Shown: positions 1-9,147 of the stretch, in pieces | Layout: each line of letters starts with the position of its first letter | Numbering within the stretch: position 1 is the stretch's first letter | Source of the DNA: an uncultured Gammaproteobacteria bacterium | GTDB lineage: Bacteria > Patescibacteriota > Patescibacteriia > UBA9934 | Length of the DNA: 64,000 bases | Direction of reading: 5' to 3' | Assembly: GCA_964613815.1 (NCBI GenBank) | Contig: CAZTKG010000001.1 | Location: forward strand, 72,895-136,894 | Position numbers and translations under genes: made by a program | The notes under the pieces: model-generated | What the model was told of the DNA's origin: nothing | Databases searched by the model: none | Seen by the model: the letters and a program-made list of their open reading frames with translations, nothing else

Positions 1-539
1 TCGATCGCGATGGCGGTTTTTCCTGTTTGTCGGTCGCCAATGATGAGCTCTCGTTGTCCTCGTCCGATTGGGATGAGGGCGTCGATTGCTTTGATTCCTG
101 TGTGAAGTGGTTCGTCAACTGATTTACGCGCGATAACTCCTGGAGCGATTTTTTCGATTGGTTGGTCTGTGTCGCCTTTGATCTCTCCCTTTCCATCGAT
201 GGCTTTTCCGAGTGGGTCAACAACGCGGCCGATGACGTCGTTGCTTACGGAGAGTGAAAGGATTTTTCCTGTCGATTTTGCGGCTTGTCCTTCTTTGAGG
301 GTATTTGCCTGTCCAAGGACGATGGCTCCAACGGTTTCTTCTTCGATGTTAAGTGCAACGCCAACGACGCCTGATTCAAATTCAATCAGCTCCATGGATT
401 TGACGTCTGCAAGTCCGCTCATGCGAACAACGCCGTCTGTGACGGAGAGGATGGTTCCGACGGATTCGACGCTTGCCTTTGATTGGAAGGCGTCGACTTG
501 TTCGCGGAGTTCTTTGATGATGTCTGCTTTTGTGGTCAT
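1..539 (-). CDS. atpA: F0F1 ATP synthase alpha subunit, N-terminal part (runs off the window edge)
   Basis: Reverse translation from 539 gives [14 protein letters not shown]...[20 protein letters not shown], the alpha-subunit N-terminus with the P-loop GDRQTGKT. It lies directly downstream of atpH in canonical operon order. The + strand ORF 169..546 is its shadow. Confidence 0.85.
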   Translation of the reverse strand, partial: [179 protein letters not shown]

Positions 540-542
540 ACG

Positions 543-923
543 TTAGCTGAGAGCGTGGTGAATTTTTTTGATGGCGCCTTTTGTGGATCCGTCGATGCGC
601 TTGTCGTCAATGCGGAGGATGATGCCTCCGATGAGGTTTTCGTTGACAGCCTCTGTGAAGTCGGCACCGTTTGCGATTGATTTGAGTTTTTCTCGAAGGG
701 ATTCTGGGATTTTATGTGCAGAAATGGCATGAATTACGCTTGCACCGTATTTGCGTTTCCAGGCTTCGTGCAGGGCTGCTTCCAGGTCGCGCCAGCTTGA
801 GAGGACCTGTTCTTTTGCCATGGTTTCTACAACGGCGGCGATGGTCTCTGCGCGATCAGTTGGTGACTGTTTTTCTGTTTTTGTCATGATCCAGTCTGCG
901 AGATTGTTCCAGTTTTGTTTCAT
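543..923 (-). CDS. atpH: F0F1 ATP synthase delta (OSCP) subunit, short 126-aa form
   Basis: C-terminal LIGGIILRIDDKRIDGSTKGAIKKI is typical of the delta subunit. Its position between atpF and atpA supports the call. Confidence 0.75.
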   Translation of the reverse strand: MKQNWNNLADWIMTKTEKQSPTDRAETIAAVVETMAKEQVLSSWRDLEAALHEAWKRKYGASVIHAISAHKIPESLREKLKSIANGADFTEAVNENLIGGIILRIDDKRIDGSTKGAIKKIHHALS

Positions 924-924
924 A

Positions 925-1485
925 CTAGGTCATTTTTCTTACAATTTCCTCCGCAAGGGACTGGGATCGTTTTTCGTCGATGGCATCTTCGGCGATCTTG
1001 GTGACTGCTACTGTGATGATGCCGACGATTTCTTTGCGAACTTCTTTGAGCATTGCTTGGCGCTCTGCGTCGAGTTGCGCTTTCCCTTTTGTAATAACGC
1101 GCTCTACTTCCCTCTTTGCTGCTTCTACCATTTCTTCACGGCGTTTTTCTTGATCGCCGTGTGCTTTTTCGATGATGGTTTGCGCTTCTTTCTTTGCCGT
1201 GGTGATGATCTGATCTTTTTCTGTCTCGATTGCTTTTACGCGTTCTTCTATTGCGTTTGCTTGTTTGACGCTTTCTTCGATTTTCTTTTCACGGTCATCG
1301 AGGGCTTTCATGATGGGTTTGTATGCCCATTTCCAGAGAACGATGAGGACGATGGCGAAGTTGATGAGCTGCGCAATAAAGATGTCGGTTTTGAGACCGA
1401 ATTGTCCTGCGACGGCGCCGATGCCGTCTGCTTCTGCGTGTCCTGTTTCTGAATATGTTTCTTCTTGTTGTGTGTCTTGTGCCAT
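925..1485 (-). CDS. atpF: F0F1 ATP synthase subunit b
   Basis: N-terminal TM helix followed by a long charged coiled-coil (EERVKAIETEKDQIITTAKKEAQ...). Operon position agrees. Confidence 0.85.
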   Translation of the reverse strand: MAQDTQQEETYSETGHAEADGIGAVAGQFGLKTDIFIAQLINFAIVLIVLWKWAYKPIMKALDDREKKIEESVKQANAIEERVKAIETEKDQIITTAKKEAQTIIEKAHGDQEKRREEMVEAAKREVERVITKGKAQLDAERQAMLKEVRKEIVGIITVAVTKIAEDAIDEKRSQSLAEEIVRKMT

Positions 1486-1535
1486 ACCTAATGTAGTCAG
1501 CCCTGAAGATGAGGTTCATCTTCAGAATGAGTGCA

Positions 1536-1763
<228 letters not shown>

Positions 1764-1820
1764 TTAATAAATTAATGGAGTGATCACTGAGATCAATTAG
1801 TTGATTTCAGTGGCACGCCA

Positions 1821-2696
1821 CTAGTGTGCTGGTGCGAGCGTTTTTTGATTTTGATGTGTGTCGCCTTCGTGTTCTTCGTGATCGTCGTGTCCGTGGTCCA
1901 TGGTTGATACGGTTAGGAATGCGAGTGTGAGCATTGCGAATACGGTTGCTTGGATGACGCCGACAAGAAGTTCCATGAAGATGAACGGGATTGGGAGGAA
2001 GTACGAGAAGAGACTCAGCATGACGTGAATGAGGACTTCTCCGGCGAAAATGTTTCCAAAGAGTCGGAGGGATAGTGATAAGGTTTTTGCGAATTCTCCA
2101 ATTAGTTCGATGAGGCCGACAAAGAATTCGATGATGGCGACAACGATATCGATGGGTTTCTTTTTGAAAGACTTGAAGATGCCGCGAATGTTGAAGAATT
2201 TACTGACGTGGTTGATGACGCCGAGTTTCTTCATGCCCACGAAGTGTGTGGTGAGAATGGCGACCGCGGCGATGCCGAGCGTCAGGTTTAGGTCACTTGA
2301 TGCTGGGCGGAGGATCGGGATGAGTTCGAAGTGTCCGTGGAGCCAACCCCAAACGCCGATGGAGCCCGTTCCAGGGATTTGACCTAACCAGTTTGCAAAA
2401 AGAATGAAGAAAAAGATGGTGGCAACAAGGGGAAAAAAGGCTTTTGCGAGCTTTCTGTCGCCCGTGACTTTTTCGATTTCTTTGAGAGCGAATTCAACGA
2501 TTGCTTCAAATACGTTATGAATGCCTTTTGGGACAATGGATTTTCGTCTACTTGCGATGATGGCGATGATGATGAAGAAAATGACGGAAATGTAACTGTT
2601 GAATAGCGCGTTTGTGATGGTGAAATCTCCGATTTGGAAAATTGGCTCTGCGGCGAGCGGGATGGAGGCGAGAAATCGGTGATTTAGTTTATTCAT
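1821..2696 (-). CDS. atpB: F0F1 ATP synthase subunit a (probable true start at the MNKLNHRF Met; the ORF track extends it to 2804)
   Basis: Multi-TM protein with the subunit-a signature LSLSLRLFGNIFAGEVL. It precedes atpE. Confidence 0.85.
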   Translation of the reverse strand: MNKLNHRFLASIPLAAEPIFQIGDFTITNALFNSYISVIFFIIIAIIASRRKSIVPKGIHNVFEAIVEFALKEIEKVTGDRKLAKAFFPLVATIFFFILFANWLGQIPGTGSIGVWGWLHGHFELIPILRPASSDLNLTLGIAAVAILTTHFVGMKKLGVINHVSKFFNIRGIFKSFKKKPIDIVVAIIEFFVGLIELIGEFAKTLSLSLRLFGNIFAGEVLIHVMLSLFSYFLPIPFIFMELLVGVIQATVFAMLTLAFLTVSTMDHGHDDHEEHEGDTHQNQKTLAPAH

Positions 2697-2940
2697 AAAG
2701 TTTCGCGTAGTGTTTTGCCTTTTTGATGATGAATAGTGCCGTGATGGCAAATGTGACGACCAGACAGAAGATGAGGAGTGCTGGCTCTGAGCCGAGCCAT
2801 TCATCGAGTCGTTGTCCGAGGAGTGCGGCGAGAATTGCCGGGATGCCTATTGTGGCCCCGAAATCAACAGCGATTCGGATGGCAAGCCAGTAATAGTAGC
2901 GATCTGATCGAGATTTTTTAGCCTCCTCAGGTTTTGACAT
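2689..2940 (-). CDS. Small membrane protein, AtpZ/AtpI-like, upstream of the ATP synthase operon
   Basis: 83 aa with a basic N-terminus and two TM helices, immediately upstream of atpB on the same strand. Confidence 0.45.
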   Translation of the reverse strand: MSKPEEAKKSRSDRYYYWLAIRIAVDFGATIGIPAILAALLGQRLDEWLGSEPALLIFCLVVTFAITALFIIKKAKHYAKLYE

Positions 2941-3002
2941 ATAACGAGTGAATTGGCGGCCATTATATCCCTGGCGGCTTTAAAAGTCAATAAAATGTTG
3001 GA

Positions 3003-3860
3003 TTAAAACGTTAGTCCAAAGAGATTTTTGGCATTATGCGTGGTTGCTTCTGCGACTTCGTCGATGGTGATGTTTTTGATATCTGCGATTTTTTGGGCGA
3101 TGTGTTTGACGTACTGTGGTTCGTTTCGTTTTCCTCGATGGGGTTCTGGTGTGAGGTAGGGTGCATCGGTCTCGATCATGATTTGTTCGAGTGGGATGTT
3201 TTTGACGACGTTTTGTAGGGATTTGGCAAAAGTGACGATGCCTGTGATGGAAACGAGGACGTTTATTGACCGGTAGCGCTCAGCGTCTTCCTCTGTTCCG
3301 GTGAAGCAGTGGATGACGCCACGTTTTGATAGGCCGCCTGCCTTGATTTCTTCTGACAAGAGTTGGAATTGATCTTCGTGAGCATCTCGGCAGTGAATGA
3401 CGACGGGTTTATTTGTTTTTGAGGCGAATTTGAGTTGTTCCCGAACCGACGCTTCTTGGTCTGACTTGATGGTTTTGATGTCTGATCCCTCTGGGATGCG
3501 GTAATAATCTAGGCCAAATTCTCCTATTGCGACAACTTTGGGGTGATTTACGAGGGTTTCGTAGTAGGCTGGGTCAAACGCTTCTGCCCGTGTTTTGATT
3601 TTGTGAAGATTTTCTTCGGTTGGTTCGAGTTCTTCTTTGTCGAAAAATTCTTGTTTGTGCAGGTGGTTTGGGTGAAGGCCGATGGTTGCCCAGACTCCGT
3701 CGTATTGCTCGGCAAGTTCGATGCCGGTTTTGGATGTGGTGGATTGTGTGCCGACGGTGATCATGCCAACCCCCTCTTCTAAAGAGCGTTTAACGACGTC
3801 GTGGACGTCGTTTTTGTAGGCATTGAAGTGAACGTGGCAGTGTGTGTCGATGAATTTCAT
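3003..3860 (-). CDS. tatD: TatD family metal-dependent hydrolase
   Basis: N-terminal MKFIDTHCHVHF motif and TIM-barrel hydrolase motifs (GLHP, EFGLDYY). Confidence 0.85.
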   Translation of the reverse strand: MKFIDTHCHVHFNAYKNDVHDVVKRSLEEGVGMITVGTQSTTSKTGIELAEQYDGVWATIGLHPNHLHKQEFFDKEELEPTEENLHKIKTRAEAFDPAYYETLVNHPKVVAIGEFGLDYYRIPEGSDIKTIKSDQEASVREQLKFASKTNKPVVIHCRDAHEDQFQLLSEEIKAGGLSKRGVIHCFTGTEEDAERYRSINVLVSITGIVTFAKSLQNVVKNIPLEQIMIETDAPYLTPEPHRGKRNEPQYVKHIAQKIADIKNITIDEVAEATTHNAKNLFGLTF

Positions 3861-3869
3861 AGATTCTTT

Positions 3870-3917
3870 CCCATCTCGACCGCGGTGGAGAGATCTCTCG
3901 ACTACGCTCGAGATGGG
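3870..3917. repeat. Dispersed nested-palindromic repeat, copy 1 (CCCATCTCGAC...GAGAGATCTCTC...TCGAGATGGG)
   Basis: Intergenic between tatD and cvpA. Outer 10-bp inverted repeat CCCATCTCGA/TCGAGATGGG with inner palindrome GAGAGATCTCTC. The same unit recurs at about 17205, 38149, 39748, 49996, 51218 and 57187. Confidence 0.8.
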
Positions 3918-3939
3918 AGTGATAGGAGTTTGATATTTG

Positions 3940-4437
3940 CTAAACGGCTACAGAGATAATGGTTGGAAGTGCCCAGTTGATGATGTCGTTTGCGAAGCCG
4001 ATCCAGCCGAAATATTTTGATGCTTCGATTTCTGTGAGAATGGTGCTTTCTTGGAGGAAGTTATAGGCAAGGTAGCGTGTGATGCCTAGGATGACGATTC
4101 CTTCGACGAATCCTATCGCTCCACCGAAGAGCCTGTTTAGCGAGCCGATGAATGGGAGGAATGAGATGGCTTTCCAAATGCTATGGAGAACATCGACAAG
4201 CCAGCCTGCGAGACGGCTGACGAAGATGGCGATGAAGAGAAAGACGATGATGGCGATGACGGGATCTGTGAGGGCGCCGACGTGTGGTTGGAGATAGTAG
4301 ATGCCGTATCCGCCAGCGACGACACCGAGAATGAGTCCTAGGACGCCTCCGAGGGTTTTGATGAGGCCGTTGTAGAAGCCAAGTGTGATGGTGATGCCTA
4401 GGATGGCGAGGAAGAAAATGTCAGCGAGGTTTTCCAT
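3940..4437 (-). CDS. CvpA family membrane protein
   Basis: 165 aa with 4 predicted TM helices and Gly-rich loops typical of colicin-V-production CvpA-like proteins. Confidence 0.5.
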   Translation of the reverse strand: MENLADIFFLAILGITITLGFYNGLIKTLGGVLGLILGVVAGGYGIYYLQPHVGALTDPVIAIIVFLFIAIFVSRLAGWLVDVLHSIWKAISFLPFIGSLNRLFGGAIGFVEGIVILGITRYLAYNFLQESTILTEIEASKYFGWIGFANDIINWALPTIISVAV

Positions 4438-4440
4438 AGA

Positions 4441-5901
4441 TTAGTCCCGTCTTGGGAAGAGCGGGTCTCCGGTTAAAATCTTTTCTCCATTATACCTTGT
4501 TTGAATTTCTTTTGCTGTTTCGGGGATGATGATTTCAAGAGCGTTTGCCGCCCATCGAATCATGTCGGCTGTTTCTGATAGGGCTTTTTTTGCTGCGGCT
4601 TCGTCGGTTTTGATGAGTTTGAACGGTTGGGTATTCTCGATATGTTCGTTGGCTTTTCGGACGATGTCGAAGACTTGGTCGATGTAGAGCTTGAAGTCGT
4701 AGTTATCCATTGCTTTTTCGATGTCGTCGGTTGATGCTACCCAAGTATCCTTGTCGAGAACGCCGTCGAAGTATTTGTTTGCCATAGTTGCTACGCGGCC
4801 GACGAGGTTGCCAAGTTGGTTAGCGAGTTCGGCGTAGCGTTCTTCCATGCGCGTCTTGGAATAGTCTCCGTCGCCGTGAGATGGGATTTCTCGAAGGAAG
4901 AAGTAGCGGACGGCATCGACGCCGTATTCGTTTACGAGTTCTTTTGGATGGTAGACATTGCCGATGGATTTGGACATTTTCTCCCCTTCTACGGTGATGT
5001 AGCCGTGAATGAAGAGTTCGTGTGGCAATGGCACACCTGCGGATAGGAGCATCGCTGGCCAGTAGACCGCGTGGAAACGAGAGATGCCTTTTCCGATGAC
5101 GTGGATGCGCTTGACGTCGTCTGCGGTCCAGAATGTTTGGTAGAGATCGGCGTCTTCGTGATAATCAAGCGCTGTTATGTAGTTTGAGAGTGCGTCGAAC
5201 CAGACGTACATCACTTGGGACCCATCTCCTGGCACGGGGACGCCCCAGTGTTTTGCGCGTTCTTGGGATCGGGAAATGGAGAAGTCTTCGAGGCCTCCAC
5301 GGATGAAGGAGAGGACTTCGTTCTTTTTTGATTCTGGAATGAGCTTGTAGGTATCGGATGCAATGAGGTCTTCTAACTGTTTTTGATAATTTGAAAGTTT
5401 GAAGAAGTAGTTTTCTTCCTCGATGTTTTCTAGAGGTTTTTTGTGATCTGGGCAGATGCCGTCTGGGCATTCTTTTTCTGTGTAGAAGATTTCGCATCCT
5501 ACGCAGTACATGCCTTTGTAGGTTTTTTTGTAAATGTCTTCTGGTTTGCAGGCGGCCCAGAGTTTTTGTGCGCCTTTGATGTGGCGGTCTTCTCGGGTGC
5601 GGATGAATGCGTTGTAGGACAGGTTGAGGTCCGTTTGAAGGGATTCGAATTCTTTTGCAAGCTTTTCGACAAATGTCGCCGTCTCCTCCCCTGCTGCCTC
5701 TGCGGCACGAACGTTTTTGAGGCTGTTTTCATCGGTTCCTCGGAGGGCAAAAACGTTGTCATCACCGAGTTTTGATCGGTAGTAGCGCGCGAGAGCGTCT
5801 GCTTGGATGAGTTCCATGGCAAAGCCGATGTGCGGTGCGGCGTTGACGTATGGGATAGCGGTGGTGATGATGGCTTTTTTCATATGCATGGATTGTATCA
5901 T
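4441..5901 (-). CDS. metG: Methionine-tRNA ligase
   Basis: Class I aaRS HIGH-type motif (PYVNAAPHIGF) and KMSKS (KMSKSIGNV). The CPDGIC...CVGCE knuckle is typical of MetRS. Confidence 0.9.
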   Translation of the reverse strand: MIQSMHMKKAIITTAIPYVNAAPHIGFAMELIQADALARYYRSKLGDDNVFALRGTDENSLKNVRAAEAAGEETATFVEKLAKEFESLQTDLNLSYNAFIRTREDRHIKGAQKLWAACKPEDIYKKTYKGMYCVGCEIFYTEKECPDGICPDHKKPLENIEEENYFFKLSNYQKQLEDLIASDTYKLIPESKKNEVLSFIRGGLEDFSISRSQERAKHWGVPVPGDGSQVMYVWFDALSNYITALDYHEDADLYQTFWTADDVKRIHVIGKGISRFHAVYWPAMLLSAGVPLPHELFIHGYITVEGEKMSKSIGNVYHPKELVNEYGVDAVRYFFLREIPSHGDGDYSKTRMEERYAELANQLGNLVGRVATMANKYFDGVLDKDTWVASTDDIEKAMDNYDFKLYIDQVFDIVRKANEHIENTQPFKLIKTDEAAAKKALSETADMIRWAANALEIIIPETAKEIQTRYNGEKILTGDPLFPRRD

Positions 5902-6548
5902 TTGGCGTTCATGACGATAGTGAATTCTCCTTTTGTTGAGGAGGATTCTAGAGCTGTGATGATGTCGGCGGCAATTCCTCTGTAGTGTGTTTCGAATTGT
6001 TTTGTGAGTTCCCTTGCGACGAAGAGTTTTCGGTTTTGCGGGAGGGCTTGCAGGGTTTTGATGATGCGGTGTTTTGATTCATACATCACGACGGTGTGAT
6101 TTGTGTTGGTGATGTTTTCGAAGAATTTTGCTCTTCCCTTTTTGTGTGGAGGGAATCCATAGAATGTGGCGGGGATTGGGTTGAAGCCTGAGAGCGAAAG
6201 TGCTGCCACGAGGGCGCTTGGGCCGGGGATGGCTTCGATGTTGATGTCAGACTTGATCGCGGCTTTGACGAGTTCTGTTCCGGGATCGGAAATGCATGGG
6301 GTGCCGGCGTCGGTGATGTAGGCAATGGACTTGCCTGTTTTGATAAGGCCGATGAGTTTATTGATCTTTGACGTGTTCGAATGTTCGTGAAGAGATTCTG
6401 TCTTTGTTGTTATCTCGAGTGATGAAAGAAGTTTTCGGCTCACACGCGTATCTTCACAAGCAATAAGATCCACTTGAGAGAGGATCTTGATTGCTCGGGT
6501 GCTTATGTCTTCGAGATTTCCGATTGGTGTGGCGACGATGTATAGCAT
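5898..6548 (-). CDS. rsmI: 16S rRNA (cytidine1402-2'-O)-methyltransferase RsmI
   Basis: MLYIVATPIGNLEDISTRAIKIL...ACEDTR N-terminus of the tetrapyrrole-methylase-like RsmI family. Confidence 0.85.
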   Translation of the reverse strand: MLYIVATPIGNLEDISTRAIKILSQVDLIACEDTRVSRKLLSSLEITTKTESLHEHSNTSKINKLIGLIKTGKSIAYITDAGTPCISDPGTELVKAAIKSDINIEAIPGPSALVAALSLSGFNPIPATFYGFPPHKKGRAKFFENITNTNHTVVMYESKHRIIKTLQALPQNRKLFVARELTKQFETHYRGIAADIITALESSSTKGEFTIVMNAK

Positions 6549-6552
6549 GAGT

Positions 6553-7656
6553 TTATTCTAGATTTCCTTCGATATCGACTTTCGGCATTTCGATTTCGGG
6601 GATGTGAGTACTTGCACACATCCAGAACATAGATTTTGTTGGGATGAGTTCTAGTTGTGTTCCTGTTTTGTCTCCGGAAATAGCATATCCTTCTGAACTC
6701 CAGACTGAACCAGTTTCGGTGTCTGTGATTTCTTTGGTGTCAAAATTGTATGTAAGGGTGATGCCTGGTGATGCGAATGCGCGTGTGACGTCGGTTGAGT
6801 AGTTGTAGAGTGTGACAAAGTCTCCTGTATCGATTGCGCCGAAGCCCTTGATGATTTCTTGTGGGAAGACGTGTGTGTCATTGACGGTTTCTGCAATCCA
6901 TTTAAATGGCACGCGGTCATCGATTGTTGAAAGTGGGAAGTAAATAGCGTCTGATGTGTCGTATCCTCCGAGTGGGTGCGCAGTATAGTCTCGTTCGAAA
7001 CCTGTCTCTGTTGAAAGTGCCGTGCCGTTTGGGTGGAGTTCGAACCAGGTTGACCACGTCATTCTTGCAGATGGGTATTGTTCCAGTGTTTCACCTAGAC
7101 GGTCACCAGATACGGCGATGCCGAGAATTTGACTCCAAAGCGATTCGGAGTTTTGATCTTTGAGAAGGAAGTTGTTTTGGTAGATTCGGCCATCAACTTC
7201 GAATTGGTCGTTTGTGCTGTTTTGGTAGACGATGCCGGATTGGCAGAGTGGACAGCTTGTTACAAGGAGGTTTCGTCCGTTGAATTCGTCTTGCACGATG
7301 TGATGCCAGTTGAGAATTTGATAGGAGTAGAATCGGTGCTCTCCGTTTACTTCAACGGCGATTCCGGCAACATCGTCTGCAAGAAATGCATCAGCTGCGG
7401 CTGCTGAGACGAATACTGGGTCGGTGATGGTTGGGAGGTCTTCTGCGGTGAGGCCGGAGTCATGGATTTGTTCTGGAGGGATATTGTAGCTCTCCCCTTC
7501 TGATTTTTGGATGTCTGCGCAGAGTCCGGCGGTTGTTTCGCATGAGACGTATCCTGCTTCAATGTTTTCTATGCCGGATGTTCGAATTTTTGAGAATGCA
7601 AAAACGAGGATCGCGATTGCGATAACAGCGATGATCAGTTTGGTGATGTTTGACAT
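6553..7656 (-). CDS. DUF3179-family membrane-anchored protein
   Basis: N-terminal TM anchor and the characteristic LVTSCPLCQSG motif of DUF3179. Confidence 0.55.
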   Translation of the reverse strand: MSNITKLIIAVIAIAILVFAFSKIRTSGIENIEAGYVSCETTAGLCADIQKSEGESYNIPPEQIHDSGLTAEDLPTITDPVFVSAAAADAFLADDVAGIAVEVNGEHRFYSYQILNWHHIVQDEFNGRNLLVTSCPLCQSGIVYQNSTNDQFEVDGRIYQNNFLLKDQNSESLWSQILGIAVSGDRLGETLEQYPSARMTWSTWFELHPNGTALSTETGFERDYTAHPLGGYDTSDAIYFPLSTIDDRVPFKWIAETVNDTHVFPQEIIKGFGAIDTGDFVTLYNYSTDVTRAFASPGITLTYNFDTKEITDTETGSVWSSEGYAISGDKTGTQLELIPTKSMFWMCASTHIPEIEMPKVDIEGNLE

Positions 7657-7688
7657 AACGCCTACAGCATGACCGAGTTTGGGGGTTT

Positions 7689-7717
7689 TTGCAAATTTTC
7701 CTGAGAGAATTTATAGT
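7689..7717 (+). promoter_or_regulatory. Sigma-70-like promoter upstream of the SOD gene
   Basis: TTGCAA, 17-bp spacer, TATAGT, about 25 bp upstream of the SOD start. Confidence 0.5.
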
Positions 7718-7741
7718 TGTATCTTATATTGAACTATTTTT

Positions 7742-8359
7742 ATGCAACAGTACGATCCAAAGCCACTTCCTTATACATTAAGTCTTGAGGGGATTTCCGA
7801 TAAGACGATGGAGATTCATCATGACAAGCTTTATGTTGGATATGTCAAGAAAATGTTAGAGATTGGTGGTGAATTAGCGAAATTCGTCAGCGGTGAGAAA
7901 GAAATTAAGGGGAATCAGACGTATAGCGAGCTTCGCGCGCTTCGTCAGGGGGAGACGTTTGCGAAGAATGGCGTGTATCTCCATGAGTATTACTTTTCTG
8001 TTTTGGGTGGAAATGGTGAGGCTGGTGAGGGGAAGTTGGTATCAGCGATTAATGAGACGTATGGGTCTTTGGATCGTTTCAAGGAATATTTTTCCGCAAG
8101 TGCGATGGCGGCTCGAGGATGGGTTGTGCTCGCCTGGGATGTTCAGCAGAAACGTTTGACGGTTGTTGGGTGTGATGCGCATAACCAAGGGGGTATTTGG
8201 GGATGTTTACCGGTTCTTGTTCTTGATGTTTATGAGCATGCGTATTATCTCGACTATGGCTCTAACCGATCAGCCTATGTCGAAGATTTTTGGAAGAATT
8301 TGGATTGGGCGGCTGCTGAGAAGCATTTTGCGCGATGGACGGGTTCTGACAACAGTTAA
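7742..8359 (+). CDS. Fe/Mn superoxide dismutase
   Basis: LPYTLSLEGISDKTMEIHHDKLYVGYV ... DVYEHAYYLDY are canonical Fe/Mn-SOD motifs. Confidence 0.9.
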   Translation: MQQYDPKPLPYTLSLEGISDKTMEIHHDKLYVGYVKKMLEIGGELAKFVSGEKEIKGNQTYSELRALRQGETFAKNGVYLHEYYFSVLGGNGEAGEGKLVSAINETYGSLDRFKEYFSASAMAARGWVVLAWDVQQKRLTVVGCDAHNQGGIWGCLPVLVLDVYEHAYYLDYGSNRSAYVEDFWKNLDWAAAEKHFARWTGSDNS

Positions 8360-8372
8360 TTTATATTGATTT

Positions 8373-8900
8373 TTGACTATGCTACAGATTGACTCCCCTG
8401 CCCCGGATTTTGATGGGGTGATGACGTATTATCGTGGAGAGTTTACAAAGACAAGTTTGCGAGATTTTAGAGGGCGATGGGTTTGTTTGTTTTTCTATCC
8501 TCGTGACTTTACGTTCGTGTGTCCTACTGAGATGAAGGCGTTTGGGCGTGCGGAGGGAGAGTTTGAGGCGTTAAATTGTGCGGTTGTTGCGTGTTCGACC
8601 GATAGTGAGTGGTCGCATAAGGCTTGGATTGAACGAGATTTGTCAGAGGTTCGGTATCGAGTTCTGGCTGATACAAATCATGCGGTTAGTCGTGATTATC
8701 ATGTGTTGAATGCTGCAGGAGCTAGTGAGCGAGGATTGTTTTTGATTGATCCTGAAGGTGCTCTTCGATATCATCTCGTGTCTGCTGGATCTGTCGGACG
8801 AAGCGTGAAGGAGACGATGCGTGTTTTGAGAGCGATTCAGAGTGGAGAGCTTTGCCCTGTTGAGTGGGAGCATGGTCAGGCGACATTAGGTAGCGCTTAG
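8373..8900 (+). CDS. Peroxiredoxin (AhpC/TSA family)
   Basis: FTFVCPTE peroxidatic Cys motif within a thioredoxin fold. Confidence 0.8.
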   Translation: MTMLQIDSPAPDFDGVMTYYRGEFTKTSLRDFRGRWVCLFFYPRDFTFVCPTEMKAFGRAEGEFEALNCAVVACSTDSEWSHKAWIERDLSEVRYRVLADTNHAVSRDYHVLNAAGASERGLFLIDPEGALRYHLVSAGSVGRSVKETMRVLRAIQSGELCPVEWEHGQATLGSA

Positions 8901-8904
8901 GAGT

Positions 8905-9147
8905 ATGACGTTAGATGATATTGTAGAATACAAACGAGTACTCGCTCTATTGCCGGTTTATGAGAAGAGGCAATATGATGATTTGTTCAAATTTCATCCT
9001 GATGAATTTTTTGCATCTGTGAAGCGGTTCGTTGCGAAGAGGGATGCGCTTCGTGTTGGTGGAGATGTGGCGGATTCGGTTATTCAAGATGAGATGGTTA
9101 TTCAGAAAGACTTTGTTTCCCAGTTAGATTCATTTTCAACGATATGA
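8905..9147 (+). CDS. Hypothetical small protein
   Basis: 80-aa ORF tightly packed between the peroxiredoxin and the next gene. No recognisable motif. Confidence 0.3.
   Translation: MTLDDIVEYKRVLALLPVYEKRQYDDLFKFHPDEFFASVKRFVAKRDALRVGGDVADSVIQDEMVIQKDFVSQLDSFSTI

Noticed and set aside
169-1452. Plus-strand ORFs 169..546 and 751..1452
   Set aside because: Antisense shadows of atpA and atpH/atpF; low-complexity, Cys/Phe-rich translations.
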